DNA from: an uncultured Desulfatitalea sp.
Lineage (GTDB): Bacteria > Desulfobacterota > Desulfobacteria > Desulfobacterales > Desulfosarcinaceae
Reading direction: 5' to 3'
Assembly: GCA_963668675.2 (NCBI GenBank)
Contig: CAXXMB010000002.1
Coordinates: forward strand, 64,001-128,000
DNA: 64,000 bases
Position 1 is the first letter of the stretch, and every line of letters starts with the position of its first letter. Shown piece after piece: positions 1-7,543 of this stretch. The translations under genes and the position numbers were made by a program. The notes below the pieces were generated by a model. That model worked only from the letters and a program-made list of their open reading frames with translations, ran no database searches and was not told the origin of the DNA.

Positions 1-72
1 AGCGCAGATCATTACTATGAAAAACAACACAACGGGGGTCTTGCGCATTCGTCGAAATCTCCGATCGCCGTT

Positions 73-483
73 TTATGCTTCTTCCACCGGATAACTGACC
101 GCCACATCCGTGGTGATACCGCCCCTGGCGGAGAAAGATCCGAGGACCTCCATCCAGCGTGGGGCCAGGGCCGCCACCAGATCGTCCAGAATGCGATTGA
201 CCACATGCTCGTAGAAAATCCCCACATTGCGGTACTGCAGCAGGTAAAACTTCAAGGATTTGAGCTCGATGATCTTCTCGGACGGGCAGTATTTTATGGT
301 TATCGTTCCGAAATCCGGCAAGCCGGTCATGGGACATACCGATGTGAATTCGGGCTGGTGAATGGTCACCGTTATGTCCCGATGCCCCTGGTAAGCGTAT
401 GCTATGGGCTCAAGCAGGTCCGTACGAACCGATGAGACCGCCTCGATGGCATAAGGCACGTTGTGTCTGGTTTGGTCGGTCAT
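73..483 (-). CDS. queF: NADPH-dependent 7-cyano-7-deazaguanine (preQ0) reductase, short unimodular type
   Basis: 136 aa; EFTSVCPMTGLPDFG, ELKSLKFYL, GIFYEH and ARGGI motifs. Confidence 0.93.
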   Translation of the reverse strand: MTDQTRHNVPYAIEAVSSVRTDLLEPIAYAYQGHRDITVTIHQPEFTSVCPMTGLPDFGTITIKYCPSEKIIELKSLKFYLLQYRNVGIFYEHVVNRILDDLVAALAPRWMEVLGSFSARGGITTDVAVSYPVEEA

Positions 484-685
484 AACACTATATTTCCCCG
501 ATAAGCCCTGGCGGGCTGCTATCTGCTGAAATCAGAAGAACATAGAGAATTTCAGGCGCCCTGTCAAACAGAGTTCTCCACCGTGACCCGGGCGACCTGA
601 CAAGGGGCGGAAATGATGTGCACTCCATAAAACCATAAGGAGAACGACCCTCTGTGCACAACGCAACAGCCACCCGAGGCAAGCC

Positions 686-714
686 TTGACATCTCTCCCG
701 GCAATTGTTAACAA
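686..714 (+). promoter_or_regulatory. Putative sigma70 promoter for the 750..953 gene
   Basis: TTGACA (686-691), 17-nt spacer, TAACAA preceded by TG (extended -10 like). Confidence 0.4.
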
Positions 715-749
715 ACCAAAATTATTACATATAAAAAGCGAGATAGACC

Positions 750-953
750 ATGGCAAAAGAATCGGTCCAGGCTCAAGTCCTGCGGGCAAGCAAGGAGATT
801 GCGGTCAAATTCATCGAGGTCGGCAGGCTCTCTCCCAGCAACTTCGCTGAAACGTTCAAAACCATCTATGCGGCCATTGATGAAACGGTAAGGAATGGTG
901 AAGAGGACGCCGCAGCCGAATCCGGCGACGGCGCCCGTAAAGATCCCAAATAA
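750..953 (+). CDS. Small hypothetical protein
   Basis: 67 aa; GAGA RBS-like sequence upstream; protein-like helical core LRASKEIAVKFIEVGRLSPSNF. Confidence 0.75.
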   Translation: MAKESVQAQVLRASKEIAVKFIEVGRLSPSNFAETFKTIYAAIDETVRNGEEDAAAESGDGARKDPK

Positions 954-973
954 TAGAGACCGGACCTGCGGGG

Positions 974-1804
974 CTATTCTGCTGCAGGCAAGCCCTTTTC
1001 AAAGGCCCCGTTGAATCTGGCCAGGGCATCGTGGAGTCGATCAGCAATATGGTCGACCATGTCGGCACCCAGCGGATCGAAGGAGGCCATCTGCTCCCGG
1101 TAGTCCTCGAGCAATTGATCCACAAACGACAACATCCGCTCCATGGGTGTCTGAGCGTCAGCGACGGTCTGGGCCATCTCACCGGCCACCGTGCCGGCCT
1201 CCTCCATCAACTGCATCACGGATGACGGATGCGCCTCCGGCACTTGCGGTGCCTGGGCGGTTGCCGGCAGATCCGCTCCGGCCGTGCCGGTGTATTCGGC
1301 CGCGATCTGTGTCTGTTCGGCCACCAGGACCTGCCGTTCATAAGAGAACTGAGCGTCGAGACCAGCGATAGAGTCCAACCCCTGCAGTCTCCTTGCGCCT
1401 CTCAACATGGGTTTCATACGCCCTTCACTGAAATTGTGCATCATTCGGTCCAGCGCCTTGAGCGCCTTGCGAATGTCACGCCGCTCTTCCCGGTTCAAAT
1501 CCCCCTCAACCGTAAAGGTCATCTCGCGCTCATAGAGCGCTGCCGTCAATTCGCTCTTCTGGTAGGTCGCCCCCTCTTTGTCCATCTCGAGGCTCTCGTA
1601 GGTGCCGTACAGGGCTGCAGTCTTGGCATCCAGTGAAATGGTCACCTTGTCGCCCTCCTGCGTCACCAGGCTAATATCCATCTGCCGGCTGGTGCTCACT
1701 GCGGCCACCTTGGTCTCCTCGGCCTGGAAAGAACGCATATAGGCATCGAGGTCGCCGCTCGATTGAAATGCAGGGACAGAGGTAATGTTGGTCTCCATGA
1801 TCAT
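974..1804 (-). CDS. Hypothetical protein, possibly DUF5610-like
   Basis: Start moved from 2011 to ATG 1804 because of a strong AAGGAG RBS; LVTQEGDKVTIS and FTVEGDL motifs; 276 aa. Confidence 0.7.
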   Translation of the reverse strand: MIMETNITSVPAFQSSGDLDAYMRSFQAEETKVAAVSTSRQMDISLVTQEGDKVTISLDAKTAALYGTYESLEMDKEGATYQKSELTAALYEREMTFTVEGDLNREERRDIRKALKALDRMMHNFSEGRMKPMLRGARRLQGLDSIAGLDAQFSYERQVLVAEQTQIAAEYTGTAGADLPATAQAPQVPEAHPSSVMQLMEEAGTVAGEMAQTVADAQTPMERMLSFVDQLLEDYREQMASFDPLGADMVDHIADRLHDALARFNGAFEKGLPAAE

Positions 1805-1925
1805 ATCTCCTTTAGCTGAAAACAATATGCAAGACAGGGATCGTGGGGTAAGCGAGGGCGGAATGCGGAAGTCACGTACCGTTGTTAACGAGGGCTCCGG
1901 CTCCCCAAATGGTCTGCTATAAAGG

Positions 1926-1952
1926 ATATCGACCTTAGGTGGGCGAACTTTA
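1926..1952 (-). promoter_or_regulatory. Putative sigma28 (FliA) promoter
   Basis: Minus strand TAAA-N15-GTCGATAT versus consensus TAAA-N15-GCCGATAA, about 120 nt upstream of ATG 1804. Confidence 0.65.
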
Positions 1953-2010
1953 GCAAGGAGAGGTGTTATTTGAGAAAGTGCCGATCGGTTGCGGTTTTGC
2001 GAACCGTACA

Positions 2011-2048
2011 AAATCCCCCCCGGCCCCCCCTTTGTAAAAGGGGGGAGT
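2011..2048. repeat. Palindromic C-run/G-run REP-like repeat
   Basis: AAATCCCCCCCGGCCCCCCCTTTGTAAAAGGGGGGAG; near-identical inverted copy at 63355-63390 and related copy at 63411-63447. Confidence 0.8.
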
Positions 2049-2078
2049 TTTTATGCTGCGTCTCCGGAAGAGTCGTGT

Positions 2079-3068
2079 CTATTGAGCGAGCGCTGCCGGC
2101 CAGATGTAGCAAAAATCCGCTTCACCGGCGGCGGTCAAGGGGGACAACATCGGCAACAGCGATTCGATGTCGCCGCTTTGATGAACGATGCTGGGGTTGT
2201 AGATGGTATCGTCCTCTGCTTCATACCTTCGGTAGGTGATGACACGCGCATCGGCCGGCAATGCGGCAAGCTCTTTGGCTTTAGCGACGGCATCGTCGAG
2301 ATATCCGATCTGATCGACAAGTCCCAGGCGTTGCGCCTCGGGCGCCAGGAAGATCCGTGCCGAAGCGATCCTCTCCCGCTGTGCCGGCGTCAGGTTTCGA
2401 TGTTTGACGACAAGGGAGAGGAAGCGCTCGGCCATCTCGTCGGTCAGCTCCTGGAAGATAGCCTTCTCCTTGTCTGTGGGCGGACGAAACGGCGACCCCA
2501 TATCCTTCTGTTCGCCCGAAGTGCTCACCGCCACCGAGAGCCCCACCTTCTCCATCAGCCCGCTCACACCCGGCCGCATGAAGATCACACCGATGGAACC
2601 GGTCACGGTTGTGGGATGGGCCATAATGTGGTCGGCCGGAAGCGAGATGTAGTAAGCACCGGAGGCGGCCACATTCATCATGGAGACGATGATCTTAACG
2701 CCCGTGCGTTTCTTGTAGGCGCTGATCTCATGGTAGAGGATATCGCTGGCGGTGACGGTGCCGCCGGGCGAATTGACCTTGATCAGCAGTGCCTTGATCT
2801 CGGGGTCCTTCTCGGCGTGTTTTAGATAGGCGACCGTCTGCTGCAGCAGGCTGGGACGGCTGCGAACCAGCTGTTTCTTGGGTTTGCTCGAAATCACCCC
2901 CTCGACGGGGAGCACCAGGATTTTACCCCGGGCTGTGCCCTGTAACGTAATCTCTTTGAGCGGTCCGGATGGCTCGCCGAAAAGGGAAACCCTGGGCAAC
3001 GAGCATCCGGCCACAGCCAGGACCAAGATAGTGAGGATGGCCAGCATCGGGAGTGACGTTCTGTTCAT
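2079..3068 (-). CDS. sppA: Signal peptide peptidase SppA (S49, short type), lipoprotein
   Basis: NSPGG, AASGAYYI, TGSIGV and KDMGSPFR motifs; LAVAGC lipobox; GGAGG RBS before ATG 3068. Confidence 0.9.
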   Translation of the reverse strand: MNRTSLPMLAILTILVLAVAGCSLPRVSLFGEPSGPLKEITLQGTARGKILVLPVEGVISSKPKKQLVRSRPSLLQQTVAYLKHAEKDPEIKALLIKVNSPGGTVTASDILYHEISAYKKRTGVKIIVSMMNVAASGAYYISLPADHIMAHPTTVTGSIGVIFMRPGVSGLMEKVGLSVAVSTSGEQKDMGSPFRPPTDKEKAIFQELTDEMAERFLSLVVKHRNLTPAQRERIASARIFLAPEAQRLGLVDQIGYLDDAVAKAKELAALPADARVITYRRYEAEDDTIYNPSIVHQSGDIESLLPMLSPLTAAGEADFCYIWPAALAQ

Positions 3069-3115
3069 GGGGAGTGTCCTCCATTCTTTCAAGTTGGAAC
3101 TTTTATTGAAAAGTG

Positions 3116-5824
3116 TTAATGGGCTTCGGCCCAATTGCGGCCATGGGCCACATTTACCTTGAGCGGCACCTTGAGCACCCAGACCGTCTCCATGATCTCA
3201 GGCACCATTTGTTGAATCGTCTCCAGCTCCCCGGCCGGCACTTCGAAAACGACCTCGTCGTGAACCGAGAGCAGCATGGTTGTTTGCAACTTTCGATCCT
3301 TGAGTGCGGCGGCGATACGGATCATGGCCACCTTGATCATGTCGGCCGCCGTTCCCTGGATGGGGGTGTTGATAGCCGTCCGTTCGGCAAACTGGCGCAG
3401 GTTGGCATTGCGGCTGTTGATGTCGGGTACCTGACGGATGCGCCCCAGCAGGGTACTGATGCGTCCGGTCTCGCGGGCCTCGGCAATCGTGCGCTCCATA
3501 TAGGCTTTGATGCCGCTGTAGCGCTCAAAATAGTGATCGATGTAAGACTGGGCCATTTTGGGGCTGATACCCAGCTCACGGGAGAGGCCATATGCACTCA
3601 TGCCGTACATGATGCCGAAATTGATCGCCTTGGCCTGCCGGCGCAGCTCGCCGGGCACATCTTCCAGGGGGGTCTGAAACACTTCACTGGCAGTGCGCGC
3701 GTGAATATCTTCATCCCTTTCGAAGGATTGGATTAGGATGGGATCGTCGGCATAGTGGGCCAGAATGCGCAGTTCGATCTGGGAGTAGTCGGCCGACAGC
3801 AGAAACCACTGCGGCCGGGCGACAAAGGCCTTGCGGATCTCCCGGCCCTCCTCGGTGCGGATAGGGATGTTCTGCAGGTTGGGATCGGAACTGCTCAAGC
3901 GGCCCGTGGCGGCAACGGTCTGATTGAACGAGGTGTGGATGCGACCGGTGGTGGCATCCACCTGGTCGAGCAACGCATCCACATAGGTGGATTTGAGTTT
4001 GGCCATCCCCCTGTGGCGCAAGAGCAGCGCCGGCAATTCATGCTGCTCGGCCAGCCGGGTCAACACCTCTACGTCGGTGGAGTAGCCGGTCTTCTTTTTG
4101 GTCTTTTTCACGGTTGGCAACTGAAGCTTTTCAAACAGGATGCGCCCCAGTTGCTGGGATGAGTTGACATTGAAGGTTTCACCGGCCGTGGCGTAGATAT
4201 CGCTCTCCAACTGCTGCAACTGCTGCTGCAACATTTTGGAGAGTTCGTGCAGTTTGTCCTGATCGATAGGGATGCCGGCCATCTCCATCTCCATCAGCAC
4301 CGGCACCAGGGGCATCTCCACCTCGTCAAGCAGCGGGATCAGCCCCAACGCCTCCAACTGGGGGTGCAGGACGTCATAGGCCCTCAACGTGATGTCGGCA
4401 TCTTCGCAGGCATAAGGTACGGCTTCATCGAGCATCACCTGGTCGAAGGTCACGGCCTTCTTGCCCTTGCCGGCCACATCCGCGTAGCTGATGTTTTTGT
4501 GGCCGAGAAAATCGAGGGCGATCTGGTCCAGACCGTGCGATCGCTTGGAGGGGTTGAGCAGGTAGGAGCCCAGCATGGTGTCGAAGCGCACCCCGGCCAG
4601 ATCGGCGCCGTGGCGCTTGAGAACGATCCAGTCATACTTGATGTTCTGCCCGATCTTTTCGATGGCGGGATCCATCAGAACCGGTTTGAGCCGTTCGAGG
4701 ACATCCTCGCGCTTGAGCTGCTCGGGCGCGCCGATATAACGGTGCCCCACTGGTATGTAGTAGGCCCGATATGGCTCTATGGCGAAGGAAAGCCCCACCA
4801 AAAGAGCCTCCAGCGGATTCTGGGAGGTGGTCTCGGTATCCAGCGCAAAGCGGGGGCACCGTTCGAGCCGGGCCACCAACGCCTCCAGCTCCTGTGGTGT
4901 AATAATGGCCTTGTAGTCGGTCTCCGGCTCAGGGCGCGACTGCTGGAACTCTTGCTGCAGTTGCCGGAACTCCAGCTTTTGAAACAGCTCTCCCAGTATC
5001 TCCGCATCGGGTGGCTGGACGACAAACTGCTCCACATCGAACGAGACCGGTACCTCCCGATGGATGGTCACCAGCTCCCTGCTCAACAGCGCCTTCTCTT
5101 GATGGGCAATCAGATTTTCCTTCTGTTTCTTGGCGGTCACCTCGTCGATGCGCTCATAGAGGTCGTCCATGCTGCCGAAGCGCTGAATCAGGGCGGCGGC
5201 CGACTTGGGACCGATCCCGGGCACGCCAGGTACATTGTCAGCGGCATCCCCGGAGAGCCCCATCATGTCGATCAACTGGGAGGGTTGCAGGCCAAACGCC
5301 TTGTCGATCTCAGGCTTGTCGATCGTCTTGTCCTTCATGGGATCCCAGATGGTGGCATGATCACTCACCAGCTGCATGAAATCCTTGTCGCCGGTGACCA
5401 TAACCACATCGTAACCTTCAATCTCGGCCATACGGGCATAGGTGCCGATCAGATCGTCGGCCTCGAAGCCGGCCATCTCGATCACGGGGATGTTGAAGCC
5501 GGCGGTGACCTCCTTGATGAGAGGCAGCTGCACCACCAGATCCTCCGGCATGGGCGGCCGGTTGGCCTTGTAGTCCGAATAGCGCTCATGGCGGAACGTC
5601 GGTCCCTTGGCATCGAAAAACATGGCCATGTGCCCGGGGCTGCGGTCCTGGATCAGCTTGATCAGCATGCGCGTAAAGCCGAAAACGGCATTGGTGGGCA
5701 TCCCCTTTGAGTTGCTCAAACCGCGAACGGCGTGAAACGCTCTGTAGACATAGGCACTGCCGTCAATCAAATAGAGACAGGGACGCGCCGTCTCCTGGCG
5801 TTCAGATGGGGTCTCTGGGTTCAT
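3116..5824 (-). CDS. polA: DNA polymerase I
   Basis: 902 aa; 5'-3' exonuclease (LIDGSAYVYRAFHA, EADD), 3'-5' exonuclease (DTETT) and polymerase motifs DYSQIELR, KAINFG, VHDE. Confidence 0.98.
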   Translation of the reverse strand: MNPETPSERQETARPCLYLIDGSAYVYRAFHAVRGLSNSKGMPTNAVFGFTRMLIKLIQDRSPGHMAMFFDAKGPTFRHERYSDYKANRPPMPEDLVVQLPLIKEVTAGFNIPVIEMAGFEADDLIGTYARMAEIEGYDVVMVTGDKDFMQLVSDHATIWDPMKDKTIDKPEIDKAFGLQPSQLIDMMGLSGDAADNVPGVPGIGPKSAAALIQRFGSMDDLYERIDEVTAKKQKENLIAHQEKALLSRELVTIHREVPVSFDVEQFVVQPPDAEILGELFQKLEFRQLQQEFQQSRPEPETDYKAIITPQELEALVARLERCPRFALDTETTSQNPLEALLVGLSFAIEPYRAYYIPVGHRYIGAPEQLKREDVLERLKPVLMDPAIEKIGQNIKYDWIVLKRHGADLAGVRFDTMLGSYLLNPSKRSHGLDQIALDFLGHKNISYADVAGKGKKAVTFDQVMLDEAVPYACEDADITLRAYDVLHPQLEALGLIPLLDEVEMPLVPVLMEMEMAGIPIDQDKLHELSKMLQQQLQQLESDIYATAGETFNVNSSQQLGRILFEKLQLPTVKKTKKKTGYSTDVEVLTRLAEQHELPALLLRHRGMAKLKSTYVDALLDQVDATTGRIHTSFNQTVAATGRLSSSDPNLQNIPIRTEEGREIRKAFVARPQWFLLSADYSQIELRILAHYADDPILIQSFERDEDIHARTASEVFQTPLEDVPGELRRQAKAINFGIMYGMSAYGLSRELGISPKMAQSYIDHYFERYSGIKAYMERTIAEARETGRISTLLGRIRQVPDINSRNANLRQFAERTAINTPIQGTAADMIKVAMIRIAAALKDRKLQTTMLLSVHDEVVFEVPAGELETIQQMVPEIMETVWVLKVPLKVNVAHGRNWAEAH

Positions 5825-6101
5825 CTATATCCTCTTATAGGGTCCTTTTATAGGGTCCTCGGTCCGGTTTCTCTTATCCCGGTTCTCTTGTCCTGGGGGG
5901 TTTCGGCGTTGTCGGCCAGTGCATGTGGGCGCTGCTTGACAGCCTGAATCGTCTGAGTTAGCTTCGATCCGGCTTTCGAACCACGGCCGGGCGTGAACGA
6001 CGGCGGTTCAGGTCTACTAACATGGATAAAAAAAAACGACAAGGCAGCCGGCGCAGCGCCGACGCTCCTTTTGAAACGTTGAAAATGACGAAGAAGACGA
6101 T

Positions 6102-6326
6102 ATGAGCACGCCCCCCTCCTCCTCCCGTCGCAAACGGCGCTGGCGGCGGCCGTCACAGCAGCAATGCCAATGTTGCCGCCGGACGTTCCCCTTCTGCTGG
6201 CGCTGCAGATGCGGCTTCGAAATCTGCCAGGACTGCATGCAGGAAAACCTCTGGGGCATGTCGTGCAACGGGATCACCTGGCAATGTCCGGATTGCGGCG
6301 AACTGAACGGATTCGGCAATCAATAG
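6102..6326 (+). CDS. Small Cys-rich, probably zinc-binding protein
   Basis: 74 aa; CQCC, CRC, CQDC, CPDC motifs and basic N-terminus. Confidence 0.65.
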   Translation: MSTPPSSSRRKRRWRRPSQQQCQCCRRTFPFCWRCRCGFEICQDCMQENLWGMSCNGITWQCPDCGELNGFGNQ

Positions 6327-6631
6327 GATTGTCGTTTCCCTCATCCACCGAACCACTCATACCACCCGATCTGCAACACTTTTGCCCCTAAATACATACC
6401 AGTTTACTATGAATCGAATCAAGAACTCGGAAAATGTGACGATAAAGAATACAACGACGACCCCTTTCCAACAAAATTATGGACGATATGGGGGACTTAT
6501 TGCTATGGTGTCAGTTGTCATCCCGAAACGTCGGTTCGCCTGGGGAAACCGTGTTCGGATAATTTATAAGAGGACGGGACGGTTGGGATCACGTTCTCAT
6601 CGACACCGTCAACTGCGTTGGGGAACGTTGT

Positions 6632-7531
6632 ATGGCTTCTATTAGAACGATGAACTTCGACCATCTGGTGGGCCAGATGGTCGGCACGAGTCGTCTGCTC
6701 AAGCAGCTCGACCGCGGCGCCATGTCCGTGGTTTTCGTCGCCTTCCAAAAATCGCTGAAGCGGCAGATCGCCGTAAAGATCCTGCCCAAAGTGCTGCTGA
6801 CCCCCAGGATTGCGGAGCTGTTCCAACAGGAGGCCGAGGCCGCCGCCTTCCTCTCTCACCCCAGCATCATCCCGGTCTACGAAGTGGGCGAGTCGGAAGA
6901 TTTTCTCTATTTTACAATGCAGTTGATCAAAGGTAATTCACTGGCCTATTACATCCGTCAAGCACGCCGCAATGTGCTGCCGTCCAAGAGGATGCTCCCT
7001 GTCAAAACGGCACTTCGAATCATCCTCAAGGTCCTGGATGCTTTGGACTACGCCAACAAACTGGGCGTCGTCCACCGCGACATCAAGCCCCGAAACATAC
7101 TGATCGAAGGACACTCCAAGCGACCGATCATCACCGATTTCGGGGTGGCGCGCTCCTATGGCGGATCGGACGACGACAACCGTATCCTCGTAGGGACGCC
7201 CACCTATATGGCGCCCGAACAGATTATTTCCGGCATCGTCGACGGTCGCGCCGACGTCTATGCCACCGGCGTCATGCTCCTGGAGATGCTCTGCGGCGGG
7301 CTGCCCTATCCGCCCTACGACTCGGCCGTCAAACTGTTGAAAATCAAGCTGCGCCTCCAGGACCGTATTTTCAGCAAGACACCTTCCCAGGTCAATCCGA
7401 ATGCGGATGCCGACTTGGATGAGATTGTATTGAGAGCAGTCGCCTATAATCAGGATAGGCGCTATCAGTCATGCAGGGATTTCGCCAAGGATCTGGAAGA
7501 GTGGATGTCCAAACGATCGCCTGCCGCCTAA
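6632..7531 (+). CDS. Hanks-type Ser/Thr protein kinase, catalytic domain only
   Basis: IAVKIL, HRDIKPRN, DFG, GTPTYMAPEQ and ADVYA motifs; no transmembrane segment seen. Confidence 0.93.
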   Translation: MASIRTMNFDHLVGQMVGTSRLLKQLDRGAMSVVFVAFQKSLKRQIAVKILPKVLLTPRIAELFQQEAEAAAFLSHPSIIPVYEVGESEDFLYFTMQLIKGNSLAYYIRQARRNVLPSKRMLPVKTALRIILKVLDALDYANKLGVVHRDIKPRNILIEGHSKRPIITDFGVARSYGGSDDDNRILVGTPTYMAPEQIISGIVDGRADVYATGVMLLEMLCGGLPYPPYDSAVKLLKIKLRLQDRIFSKTPSQVNPNADADLDEIVLRAVAYNQDRRYQSCRDFAKDLEEWMSKRSPAA

Positions 7532-7543
7532 AGGGAGGAGACG

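Noticed and set aside
4247..5710. 487-aa ORF antisense to polA, and similar long shadow ORFs (13529..14965, 20357..21658, 40390..41895, 41935..43203, 47042..48358, 52222..53541, 60184..61389)
   Set aside because: They lie opposite well-supported genes in GC-rich DNA and have no recognisable motifs.
5848..6156. 102-aa minus-strand ORF upstream of polA
   Set aside because: No motifs, overlaps the better-supported Cys-rich gene and covers the probable divergent promoter region.
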